The translations under genes and the position numbers were made by a program. From the NCBI GenBank assembly GCA_050246815.1, contig JBFWVI010000030.1, positions 21,740-40,483 of the forward strand: DNA of 18,744 nucleotides, in the 5' to 3' direction. Each line of letters opens with the position of its first letter. The stretch's first letter is position 1. Source of the stretch: Bdellovibrionales bacterium. Its GTDB lineage: Bacteria > Bdellovibrionota > Bdellovibrionia > Bdellovibrionales > UBA1609. This document shows positions 8,483 through 17,614 of this stretch, one piece after another. The notes beneath the pieces are model-generated. The model made no database searches and was not told the origin of the DNA. It saw nothing but the letters and a program-made list of their open reading frames with translations.

Positions 8483-9847
8483 TTAGCCGCGAAGATGCCA
8501 GGCTTTTGGCTGCAAGAAGGTCTGAATTCCATAAGTAGAAAGTGTTGTGCCGATGCCGGAGTGTCCGCGGCCAGACCATGGAAGACGTGGGCTCACGCGG
8601 TCGCAGCAGTTCCAGTAAACCGACCCTGCGTTGACCTGCGCTAAGATTTTTTGTGCCCGTTCGCGGTCGGGAGTGTAGACCCCAGCGGTCAGACCATAAG
8701 CTGTGTCATTCATGAGGCTTAGCGCCTCTTGGTCATCTTTCACTTTTTGAATTCCGATGATGGGGCCAAAAGATTCTTCGCGCATAAGTTCCATGGTGTG
8801 ATTGACGTTGCTGAAAACAGTGGGGGCAAAATAATAGCCTTTACGTTTCAATCGTTCGCCTCCACAAAGCAGCTTGGCTCCTTTGGCTTTGGCGTCTTGA
8901 ACTTGTCTTTCCAGAGTCTGGATTTGAGCCTCACGAGTCAATGGCCCGATATAAGTGTCGTCGCTGGTTGGGTCACCGACTTTAAAGCCCTGGACTGCGC
9001 TGGCGAATTTGTCGACAAAAGTGTCATAGATTTTCGCATGGACATAGATTCTTTCTACCGAGCAACAGCTTTGACCCGTATTGTAGAATGCCCCGTCGCT
9101 TAAACTGTCCACGGCACTGGCCACGTCCGCGTCTTCACATACATAGGAGGGGTCTTTGCCGCCCAGTTCCAACTGAATTTTGATCATTCGACCTGCCACA
9201 GTTTCTGCAATTTTTTTTCCAGTGCCATAGGATCCAGTAAAGAAGACCCCGTTAATCGGCTGCTTTAATAGTTCAGCACCAATGACTCCTTCGCCGATCA
9301 AAATTTGAAAAGCATCTGTAGGGATTCCGCTTTGGTGTAATCGTTCGGTGATGGCAAGGCCTGTCAGGCTAGAAAATTCAGATGGTTTGTACAAAACCAC
9401 ATTACCAGTTAAAAGTGCCGGAATAAAAACGTTGGACCCCACGAAATAGGGGTAATTCCAGGCCGAGATGTTGGCGATCACTCCTAGGGGTTCATGATGA
9501 ATCACTTCGTCCATGCTTCCATCTTTAAAAACGGCTTCACCTTGGAGTGCTGAAGCCACTTTGTCCAAAAAAAAGTCAATGCGGCCTAAGGTGCCGTTCA
9601 CTTCATTTATCGACTGTTTCAATGGTTTTCCAACCTCTGAAGTTAAAATTTGGGCTAGCTCGGTTTTGTCTTTTTCAAGACGTTCTCGAAATTGACGAAT
9701 GGCTTTGATTCGCGCATTCAGTGGTGTGGCAGCCCAATCTTTTTGAGCGATCTTTGCTTTATTAAACTTTTCTACTACTGTGGTGGCTGTATCCGCTTTT
9801 AGTTCCTTAATGATTTCGCCCGAGGCGGGGTTGATGACTTTGAGCAT
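8483..9847 (-). CDS. NAD(P)-dependent aldehyde dehydrogenase
   Basis: Motifs ISAWNYP, YKPSE, FTGSYGTG, LELGGKDP (catalytic Glu), NTGQSCCS (catalytic Cys), EESFGP and YGLTAGVYT. Confidence 0.95.
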   Translation of the reverse strand: MLKVINPASGEIIKELKADTATTVVEKFNKAKIAQKDWAATPLNARIKAIRQFRERLEKDKTELAQILTSEVGKPLKQSINEVNGTLGRIDFFLDKVASALQGEAVFKDGSMDEVIHHEPLGVIANISAWNYPYFVGSNVFIPALLTGNVVLYKPSEFSSLTGLAITERLHQSGIPTDAFQILIGEGVIGAELLKQPINGVFFTGSYGTGKKIAETVAGRMIKIQLELGGKDPSYVCEDADVASAVDSLSDGAFYNTGQSCCSVERIYVHAKIYDTFVDKFASAVQGFKVGDPTSDDTYIGPLTREAQIQTLERQVQDAKAKGAKLLCGGERLKRKGYYFAPTVFSNVNHTMELMREESFGPIIGIQKVKDDQEALSLMNDTAYGLTAGVYTPDRERAQKILAQVNAGSVYWNCCDRVSPRLPWSGRGHSGIGTTLSTYGIQTFLQPKAWHLRG

Positions 9848-10611
9848 TAGCTTTTCCTTCGTTGCGCGATTTGCAGAAATTCCTGCAGCATGGGTTTGGA
9901 GTCAAAGAGAGAAAAATCTTTAGGGTTTTGAAATTCGGGGTGCCACTGCACGGCTGCAACATATGGACCTTGATCACGACGAATAGCTTCGATAAGGCGG
10001 TCGTCCACTGAGCGGGCTTCAATCGAAAATCCGGGCGCCAAGTCTTTGATTGCTTGATGATGCACGCTATTGACCTTGGCTTGTTTAATGCCAGGGTAAA
10101 GCTTCGCCATTTTTGATTCAGGTGAAATTTCAATCTTATGAAAGTTTTGGTCGTAAATTTCCCAGTTGCGATGTTCAAGAGACCCTTGCAGTTGGGTTTT
10201 GATGTCTTGATACAAAGTTCCCCCAAAAGCCACGTTTAAAAGTTGCAGCCCTCGGCAAATTCCTAGAACGGGTTTGTTTTGCAAGCCAAATTCATTAACC
10301 AAAGCGATTTCGTAGCGGTCGCGCACAGCATCGCCTGACCATTCGGGTTTAAGGGGAACTTCTCCGTAAGAAGAGGGCGCCACGTCCGACCCGCCTTGTA
10401 AAATCAAGCCATCTAAGTCCTGCACAAGGGTGGACAGTGAAATAGCCGTATCCGGCCCGAGTGAGGGAATCAAGTAAGCTAGGATATTTTGTCGCTGAAG
10501 CCAGTGCCCGACATCTTCGACCAAATAAAGGAGGGTTTTCCCTTTGAAGACAGGGCGCTGGGGATCCGCGTGAAAAAAACAAGAGCTAATGCCGATGCGA
10601 AGCACGTTCAT
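9847..10611 (-). CDS. Gamma-glutamyl-gamma-aminobutyrate hydrolase family (peptidase C26, PuuD-like class I amidotransferase fold)
   Basis: DGLILQGGSDV, nucleophile PVLGICRGLQLLNVAFGGTLYQD, VNSVHHQAI and VQWHPE (His-Glu). Its stop overlaps the ALDH start by 1 nt. Confidence 0.92.
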   Translation of the reverse strand: MNVLRIGISSCFFHADPQRPVFKGKTLLYLVEDVGHWLQRQNILAYLIPSLGPDTAISLSTLVQDLDGLILQGGSDVAPSSYGEVPLKPEWSGDAVRDRYEIALVNEFGLQNKPVLGICRGLQLLNVAFGGTLYQDIKTQLQGSLEHRNWEIYDQNFHKIEISPESKMAKLYPGIKQAKVNSVHHQAIKDLAPGFSIEARSVDDRLIEAIRRDQGPYVAAVQWHPEFQNPKDFSLFDSKPMLQEFLQIAQRRKS

Positions 10612-10619
10612 CCTTTGGC

Positions 10620-11756
10620 TTAAAAAGCCTCGCTAAAGATAGCTTTGAAGTCTTCACGGGTCACGGCGCGTGGGTTTGATAGGTGACAAATATCTTGTAC
10701 GGCTAAGTCCACCAATTTATCGATTTTGTCTTTAGTGACGCCAGCTTTGCTTAAATTCTGGGGGATATTTGTTGCTGTCTTTAGATCTGTTAGCCACTGT
10801 AAGAACCCTTGAGGAGTCCGGTCTTTTAAGCCAGCGGTGACAGCCATATTTTTAAAGCGTTCGGCTGCTACGCCGGTATTGATTTTTAAGGCGTAGTCGA
10901 TCATCACACCATTGGCCAAACCGTGATGCATGTCGACTACCGTTCCCAATGCATGAGCGCAAGAGTGAGTGACACCTAAGCCTTTTTGAAAGGCGATGGC
11001 TCCCATCATTGAGCACATCATCATTTGACTGCGTGCCTCAATATCCTGGGGTTCTTTTACGGTTTTCACTAAGCTTTGTGAGGCCAGGCGAATTCCTTCG
11101 AGGGCAATACCATCGCAAATAGGGTGATAACCTTTTGCCAAATAAGCTTCCACGCAGTGGGTGAGCGCATCCATACCTGTGGCGGCGGTCACTGGGCCAG
11201 GAAGATTAAGCGTCAGCTCGGGATCAGCAAAAACGGCTTGTGCCAAAAGTTTTGGGGAGAAAATGATTTTTTTTACATGAGTTTGATCATCTGAAATCAC
11301 TGAGCTTCGCCCCACTTCGCTGCCTGTGCCGCTGGTTGTGGGCACTGCAATCCAGTACGGGATAGGGCCATCGACAGAGAGCGCCCCAGGCTTTTCATCT
11401 TCATAATCAAATAGATCACCTGGGTGGGTGGCCATCAGTGCGATCGCTTTAGCCACATCAAGTGCTGCGCCACCGCCAAGACCAATGATTGCATCTGCAT
11501 CGTGACCCTTAAAGGCTTTTACACCTTCGTTGACCTGTGACTTTACAGGATTGCCCCAAATGCCCGAAAAAGTTTGCACTTGCAGGCCGACGTCTTTTAG
11601 TGACAATTCGATTTCGCGGCACAAGGGGAGTGCGGCGACTCCTTTGTCCGTGACAATCAAGGGACGCTTAATATTTTTGCCTTTCAAAAAATCAGGCATT
11701 TGTTTGCGCACGCCGGCGCCGAAATGGATCAAAGTTGGAAAGCTGAAGCGATACAT
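10620..11756 (-). CDS. Iron-containing alcohol dehydrogenase
   Basis: IGLGGGAALDVAK and VPTTSGTGSE, with metal ligands in GMDALTHCVE, HSCAH and MHHG. Confidence 0.95.
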   Translation of the reverse strand: MYRFSFPTLIHFGAGVRKQMPDFLKGKNIKRPLIVTDKGVAALPLCREIELSLKDVGLQVQTFSGIWGNPVKSQVNEGVKAFKGHDADAIIGLGGGAALDVAKAIALMATHPGDLFDYEDEKPGALSVDGPIPYWIAVPTTSGTGSEVGRSSVISDDQTHVKKIIFSPKLLAQAVFADPELTLNLPGPVTAATGMDALTHCVEAYLAKGYHPICDGIALEGIRLASQSLVKTVKEPQDIEARSQMMMCSMMGAIAFQKGLGVTHSCAHALGTVVDMHHGLANGVMIDYALKINTGVAAERFKNMAVTAGLKDRTPQGFLQWLTDLKTATNIPQNLSKAGVTKDKIDKLVDLAVQDICHLSNPRAVTREDFKAIFSEAF

Positions 11757-11768
11757 CGGAAAGTCTCC

Positions 11769-13145
11769 TTATATGATTTCAAAGTAACGTTGCATTTCCC
11801 AGTTAGTCACTGAATCTTGGAACTGGCGCCATTCCCACAAACGAGTGTTCACAAAGTGGTCGACAAATTGATCACCCATCAGCTCGCGCGCAAGTTTTGA
11901 TTCTGAGAGTCTCATTGTGGCTTCATACAGATTGCGGGGCAAGCTTTGCGCATCTTTTGCCAAGTAAGCGCTGCCCTGCACCGGCGTGTCTTTAAGTGCC
12001 AACTGCTTTCGGATGCCATACAGGCCACTTGCCACCGAGGCCGCAATGGCCAAGTAGGGGTTTACATCCGAGCCTGAAATGCGCGTTTCCACTCGAGTTG
12101 ATTTGCCGCTTCCAGGGATCACACGAAACGCCACCGTACGATTGTCCAGGCCCCAAGTGACTTTGGTGGGCGCCCAATAACCTTCAACCAAGCGCTTGTA
12201 GCTATTTACCGTCGGTGCATAAAAAGGCAAAAGTTCAGGCAGGCAGCGTAATTGGCCTGCAACATAACTTTTGAATAAAGGGCTCATGCGGTGGGGGTCT
12301 TTTTCTGCAAAGAACAGATTCTTGCTGCCCTTTTTATCCCATACGCTTTGATGAATGTGACCACTGCAACCAGGCAGTTTGGCGTGCCACTTGGCCATAA
12401 AGCTTGGCATGATGCCAAAGCGATAGGCGATTTCTTTGGTCGCTGTTTTAAAAAGAACAGCTCGGTCGGCGGATTCCAAGGCGTCAGAGTACAGGATTGC
12501 GGCTTCGTAGACTCCGGGCCCAGTTTCGGTGTGCAATCCTTCCAGTGGAATTCCGAACTGTAACATTTCATCCATCAAAGCAGTGAAAAACGGCTGGTTC
12601 AAAGTGGCACGCAGAAGGCTATAGCCAAACATGCCAGGTGTGATCGGTTCGGGATTTTGACAATTTTTTTGCGCAAAGCTTTGTGGGGTTTCTTTGAAGT
12701 TAAACCATTCGAATTCCATACCGCTTTTGATGGTGTAGCCTTCGTCTTCAGCGATTTTTAAAACACGCTTTAAGACCTGACGAGGGCAAATCGGCAAAGG
12801 TTTGCCCTCGTCAGTTGTGAAGTCTCCAAGAAAAAAATGTAACTGATTTTCCCAAGGAATTTCTCGATGTGTGTTTAAATCAATTTTTGCAACGGCGTCT
12901 GGGTAACCTGAGTGCCAGCCGGTGTAATGGCTGTTGTCATAGCAGACGTCGGCCGAATCCCAACCAAAAACCACATTGCAAAAACCAAAGCCGCCGTCGG
13001 CTGCAGATAAAAATTTATCCTTGTGTAGATATTTGCCGCGCACGACACCATCTAAGTCAGTCACTGCGACTTTGATTTTGTCGAACTTCGAGTCTCTAAT
13101 TTTTTTGATAATTTGCGAAGCTCGATCGGTCTGTTTGTTGGCCAT
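11769..13145 (-). CDS. Glutamine synthetase-like gamma-glutamyl-amine ligase (PuuA/GlnA4-like)
   Basis: DLDGVVRGK, GMEFEW, HTETGPGVYE, FMAKW...GCSGHIHQS, APTVNSYKRL, WGLDNRT, RVETR and NPYLA. RBS AGAGGGG. It heads an operon of catabolic enzymes rather than an ntr/glnA context. Confidence 0.92.
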   Translation of the reverse strand: MANKQTDRASQIIKKIRDSKFDKIKVAVTDLDGVVRGKYLHKDKFLSAADGGFGFCNVVFGWDSADVCYDNSHYTGWHSGYPDAVAKIDLNTHREIPWENQLHFFLGDFTTDEGKPLPICPRQVLKRVLKIAEDEGYTIKSGMEFEWFNFKETPQSFAQKNCQNPEPITPGMFGYSLLRATLNQPFFTALMDEMLQFGIPLEGLHTETGPGVYEAAILYSDALESADRAVLFKTATKEIAYRFGIMPSFMAKWHAKLPGCSGHIHQSVWDKKGSKNLFFAEKDPHRMSPLFKSYVAGQLRCLPELLPFYAPTVNSYKRLVEGYWAPTKVTWGLDNRTVAFRVIPGSGKSTRVETRISGSDVNPYLAIAASVASGLYGIRKQLALKDTPVQGSAYLAKDAQSLPRNLYEATMRLSESKLARELMGDQFVDHFVNTRLWEWRQFQDSVTNWEMQRYFEII

Positions 13146-13427
13146 ATTCCCCTCTTTGTAACATGCGAATTCGAATGGTCAGCAGGCTGCTTCATAGGTT
13201 AAGCTTGTGTCAATTGCGGGAGGCTTGAAAAAAATACCATGCTGTCGACATCCTATCCTAAACGCGCTCACTTTTGAGGCCAATTGGATGCGTTCTGGCG
13301 GGTTGAAAAGGGGATTTTTCACTCTCCTTGTAAAGCCTTCTGCTCTTACGAACACCCATTGTGGAACTAGAGTCAAAACCGTAAAATTTGACCCTTGATC
13401 ATAGCCGTGAGGACGGCTCAGGTGGTT

Positions 13428-14879
13428 ATGGCTTTAAGGACACCAGGAGCTTTGCTGCGACTGCGCGGCTGGGCTGCCTTTTCAAATTCTGTTCTTAGAC
13501 GACTCGGCTGTTGCATTTTGGCTACGGTGGGGTTTTGCTCGGTCGGGACTTGGGCCAATACGGACTTGCAATTGCAATTGCTGCAAAGCCAGTATTTGAG
13601 TGACACTCAGAATCGTGTCCAAAGTGACGCCTATTCTTCTTTCGGTGTGCGCCTAAAACATCAAAATGCCCCAGAAAGCCGCATGGTTCATGGTTTAGAC
13701 TTGTTGGGGCTTGCCTCCGCTGATGGCACTGAACAAGCTTATGTGGCGGCGCCTGAGTTTTATTGGGGTCTGAATGCTAACATTCAAAAACTTCCCGGCA
13801 AGCTTATCCTTGGGCGAAAGCGATTCGCTTGGAGTCATTTTGACGAGGAGTGGAATCTGGGGATTTGGCAGCCCTATGTTCGTTGGGATTATTTGCATCC
13901 TTTGCCGCAGGGTTTAAGTGGGGCCTTTTTGTCTTTAGGTGAAGAGGGACCTGTGCAAGTTACGGCCTTTGCGACGCCATTTTTTCTGCCAGATCAGGGG
14001 CCTCAGTTTGAAGTTATTGATGGGCAATTCAATTCCAGCAACCGATGGTTTCGTCAGCCCACGAATAAACACATGGTGATTAATCAGGATCGTCGTTTGA
14101 ATTATGAGCTCGATCGCCCCTCAGAGGGGGACGTGGTGATGAATGCGGGTTATGGGCTGTCTGTGTTGGTTGGAAGCGAAAAAGAAGGGCCGTGGTTTAA
14201 AGCCTCTCTGGCGGATAAGCCCATAAATCAAATGCACATTGGTATCGAGGGGTATCATAGTATCGCAAGGCTGAATCGATTTTTGGAATCCGTGGCGGTG
14301 GTGCACCCTGTGGTTGCTCGTCACAATGTCATGACGCTTGAAGCAGGTTATTCGGCTCCGGATTTTTTTGGCTGGATATCCTTAACGGAAGAGCGCCCAA
14401 AAGATCCACAGATGCCTGACGAGTGGGAAGAAGCTTCGCTTTACGCCTCACGCTTCATAGGTATGACTTTGTCGCATCGTTTGCCTTGGCAGGGGTGGCG
14501 TAGTCATTGGCTGAAGTATGGCGCAATGACGATGAGTGAGCGTTTGCCGCCAGAGCGTTTGGATGACCCTGAGGACAATCTGGAGTCTTCGCTTGATCGA
14601 TATCCATTTCGCGAGGTTTTAAGTTTTGAATGGACCGCACCTTTTGTAAATCGAGCAAGTCATCGTTTGGATTTTGGTTTGCGCTACCTGTACTCAGTGC
14701 CCGAGAAGGGGTCCCTGCTTTCGGCCAAGCTTGAATTGATGTGGCGGCGCAACACTCGTTGGGACTTAGGCGTGGATGTGCTGGGCACCGAAGGTCCCTC
14801 GAGCGTGGAAGATCGTGGGCTGATGAGTCTTTACCGAAATAATGATCGCGTGATGGGGGGTATGACGTATGTCTTTTAG
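13428..14879 (+). CDS. Predicted outer-membrane beta-barrel protein of unknown function (copy B)
   Basis: Signal-peptide-like segment ...RRLGCCILATVGFCSVGTWA and C-terminal beta-signal ...VMGGMTYVF. Many blocks are shared with copy A. Start uncertain (TTG 13395, or ATG 13428 with AGGTGG upstream). Confidence 0.75.
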   Translation: MALRTPGALLRLRGWAAFSNSVLRRLGCCILATVGFCSVGTWANTDLQLQLLQSQYLSDTQNRVQSDAYSSFGVRLKHQNAPESRMVHGLDLLGLASADGTEQAYVAAPEFYWGLNANIQKLPGKLILGRKRFAWSHFDEEWNLGIWQPYVRWDYLHPLPQGLSGAFLSLGEEGPVQVTAFATPFFLPDQGPQFEVIDGQFNSSNRWFRQPTNKHMVINQDRRLNYELDRPSEGDVVMNAGYGLSVLVGSEKEGPWFKASLADKPINQMHIGIEGYHSIARLNRFLESVAVVHPVVARHNVMTLEAGYSAPDFFGWISLTEERPKDPQMPDEWEEASLYASRFIGMTLSHRLPWQGWRSHWLKYGAMTMSERLPPERLDDPEDNLESSLDRYPFREVLSFEWTAPFVNRASHRLDFGLRYLYSVPEKGSLLSAKLELMWRRNTRWDLGVDVLGTEGPSSVEDRGLMSLYRNNDRVMGGMTYVF

Positions 14880-17523
14880 TTCGACATCACGTTTTTTTCT
14901 TCCTTTGGCGTTGATAATTGCCGTGGCTGCTTGTGGCTTGAAGGTCGGAGAAAAAGCTCCGGTTGACAATCCAATCACGATTGGCGGATCGGGCTTTTCG
15001 TGCTTATCCCACATCACTGAGTACGCCGAATCTTTTGTGGATGCTCGCTTGAATGAGGCCGAGATTCGTCGATTTATGGGCTGCATTCGTTTTTCATTCG
15101 AAAGTTTCGCTAAGCACGCACGGGGACTTGAGCGCAACACATATAAGCCTGAAGAGATTCGCGACTTTCTTCACGAATATTTTCTGCAAGACAAAAGTAT
15201 TACCAATAATCTTTTAACAGATTTTATGGTGATCAAAAAAACCTTGGTGGGTGGAACTGTTGAGCGGGTCACTCGTGAGGATTTAAAACAAGCCATCGAT
15301 TTTTTAACCTTCATCGAAGAGCAAGCGATCAAGTTAAATCCGTACATGAAGATTTACAATTTCAGTATCGGTCGGCTTTGGGCTCAGCAGGATAAAGAGT
15401 CCGAACCTGAAGTGGAGATTGCAGTGCGCACTTTGCGCGAAGTGGGGATTGCCATTGGTGAACGATTGGCGCGGGCCAATGCGCCTTACCCCATGGAACA
15501 CATGGAATCCTTCATGCGTGAGTTTAGGCAGTTTGCTGGCTGGGAAAGAATTTTTACCAACGCCCATGCCACAGAAAGTTGGACTGCGTTTTTGAGTGCG
15601 TACAAGTCGGTGATTGCGGGCAGTGATGGCGTGCACATACGACCAAAAGATTGGCCGCCTCTTTTAAGCTCAGCGGCAAGTATTTACGGGATGTCGCTCA
15701 AGGCTCGCTATACGCGCGAAAAGAAATCCATGATGTATGGCGAAGGTCTGCAGGGTGTGATGCTGCTAGCCAATGATGTGGTTCGAGTCATGCAGGAAGC
15801 CGTGGATCAGCAGCCGCAAAAAGTAATTCGCTTTGAGCAGTTTGACCGCTTGATTGATGCAATGCAACCTTTGGGTTTGATGCCACGTGTTCCATCCGCG
15901 GATATCAGTATGGAGCGTGCCATTCGACCCGGCAGTTTCAAAGGGGCTTTGCGCGCTTTGCTGAACCGCATTTTTGGTGATTCTAAGACGCCCTGGCGAC
16001 AACGGCAGGGGGAAGGCCTTGACCGAATTGTCATTCAGCGAGCGATGGCCGAATTTTATCGCTGGGCAGATGTGCAAAAGTTTTTAGATCGCACTTTTGC
16101 GCCAAATGATAAAGAGGGCGTCGCGGGCCAAACCGTAGAAACCCTATCTGAGCGATTGGGGCCGGTTGGCGCCAGTCAAAATTTATTAAAACTTTTTGGT
16201 GAAAAGTCGAGCATCGCCAGCCCCGATGATGTTTTGGGTTTAGTTCGGATGATGGAACAAAGCCTAAGACCTCTGTTTCGGCCGGGTGAAGATCAAATTT
16301 TCTTAACCGAGTCTAGCTTACTGGCCAAATACCAATTGGTGCACGGCTTTCATAATCTCTCCATGATGAATCTTTCGCGGGCAGTTGTGGGGTTGGTCGG
16401 CCTTGGCTATAGCACTTACCGCGGCAAGGTGGGGCTGTTTGATGGCGGCATCACCGACGAAGAAATGCAGGCCTTTTACATGGATTTTCGTGAAATTGGC
16501 GTCGACATGCAGCTCTTTGACCCCCGCACGGATAACGCAGGTTACCGGTCTTATCAAGAAGCCAATATGTTCACTTACACCGGCAATGGTCTACAGCGTT
16601 TAAGCGAGGTGAAAGACCCCAAAGACGCCATGATGAGTTATCCGGAGGGTATGGAGTATCTGCTGTTCATTTTGTCGGGCGGAGCGATGGGACGTGCGAT
16701 TTATACCGGTATGATGTCTGAGCACGGCTTATGTGAGTCAGTCAGTCGAAATGCTCCAATCAGCGTGCACGGATATCGAATGGTCGAGCGCAATTGCTTT
16801 CGGCAGAATCTTATGCAGATTTTGTTGCCCCGCTTGGGAACCATGCCAACGATGCGCGCCGAGCTGGAAAAGGCCAATCCGCAGGAAAAAGTGGCAATGT
16901 CCGAAAATTTAATGGCCACAATTTTTTCTCCGGAATTCAGTGATCCTAAGTTTATTGAGTGGCACGAAATCACCACTATCGCGGTGATCATGCACTATAC
17001 AGAATCAGTAATGACTCGTTACAATAGTGATCAAGACACGTACTTAAATGCCTCTGAGGTTTGGAAGGCCTATGAAACCTTCAAGGTGTATATGCATCAA
17101 ATGACCGTCGACAAATGTATGCAGTACGTAGGTTCATTCTCAAATCCTGATAGTCCAGCCGCACGCATCGAACAGCAGGCCATGAAGATCTACGCTTGGA
17201 GCGATATGAAAGAGGCTCTAAAAAAATGGATCGCCCAACGCGGATGCAACAGTATTCCTGAATTTGTTTCGCAGGCTGTTTTTGCTCATATTGTGAACGA
17301 GGGGCGTATTCCCTCCTCGATTTGGGAGGTCGATCTGATGCCGCGTCAGATTTGTGTGGTTGATATGAGCTTCAAAGACTGGCCCTTACTTTTTGATCGA
17401 CTGCCTGATCTGCGCGCTTGTGTGGGTATCGATTTTAAAGTGGATCGTGCGGCTCTGTTGCGAGTTTTTGCTGCTTTGGTAAAAGCCAGTTCAGACACCG
17501 CTCAAAAAAGCGATTTGAAGTGA
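14869..17523 (+). CDS. Large alpha-helical lipoprotein with EF-hand-like loop, unknown function (copy B, 884 aa)
   Basis: Signal peptide MSFSSTSRFFLPLALIIAVAA-C (lipobox VAAC), with GGGGGG upstream of the ATG. EF-hand-like NSDQDTYLNASE. Paralogous to 5114..7363. Confidence 0.82.
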   Translation: MSFSSTSRFFLPLALIIAVAACGLKVGEKAPVDNPITIGGSGFSCLSHITEYAESFVDARLNEAEIRRFMGCIRFSFESFAKHARGLERNTYKPEEIRDFLHEYFLQDKSITNNLLTDFMVIKKTLVGGTVERVTREDLKQAIDFLTFIEEQAIKLNPYMKIYNFSIGRLWAQQDKESEPEVEIAVRTLREVGIAIGERLARANAPYPMEHMESFMREFRQFAGWERIFTNAHATESWTAFLSAYKSVIAGSDGVHIRPKDWPPLLSSAASIYGMSLKARYTREKKSMMYGEGLQGVMLLANDVVRVMQEAVDQQPQKVIRFEQFDRLIDAMQPLGLMPRVPSADISMERAIRPGSFKGALRALLNRIFGDSKTPWRQRQGEGLDRIVIQRAMAEFYRWADVQKFLDRTFAPNDKEGVAGQTVETLSERLGPVGASQNLLKLFGEKSSIASPDDVLGLVRMMEQSLRPLFRPGEDQIFLTESSLLAKYQLVHGFHNLSMMNLSRAVVGLVGLGYSTYRGKVGLFDGGITDEEMQAFYMDFREIGVDMQLFDPRTDNAGYRSYQEANMFTYTGNGLQRLSEVKDPKDAMMSYPEGMEYLLFILSGGAMGRAIYTGMMSEHGLCESVSRNAPISVHGYRMVERNCFRQNLMQILLPRLGTMPTMRAELEKANPQEKVAMSENLMATIFSPEFSDPKFIEWHEITTIAVIMHYTESVMTRYNSDQDTYLNASEVWKAYETFKVYMHQMTVDKCMQYVGSFSNPDSPAARIEQQAMKIYAWSDMKEALKKWIAQRGCNSIPEFVSQAVFAHIVNEGRIPSSIWEVDLMPRQICVVDMSFKDWPLLFDRLPDLRACVGIDFKVDRAALLRVFAALVKASSDTAQKSDLK

Positions 17524-17614
17524 ATTTGACTCGTCAGAGTCGAAAAGTGTTGCCGTCCCCCGGTTGTCTTCGTTCTAATTAAAGAGAGTTTAAATTTTAG
17601 CGTCAGAGGTATTT

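Larger units (their letters stand above)
7400..8490 (+). mobile_element. HUH/Y1-transposase element, copy 1 (IS200/IS605- or RAYT-like); left boundary uncertain
   Basis: Y1 transposase gene with hairpins upstream and inside its 3' end. The right boundary is set by loss of identity with copy 2 after position 8490. Confidence 0.7.

Noticed and set aside
11769..13145. Calling this gene glnA or the operon puuABCD
   Set aside because: The catabolic context and the absence of a PuuB oxidase make both specific names unsupported.
13146..13427. Short inverted repeats in the divergent intergenic region (GTCAAA/TTTGAC 13372-13392; AGCCGT-GAGG-ACGGCT 13403-13418) as a riboswitch or operator
   Set aside because: Only 6-bp stems and no riboswitch consensus that I can recognise; cannot be distinguished from chance.
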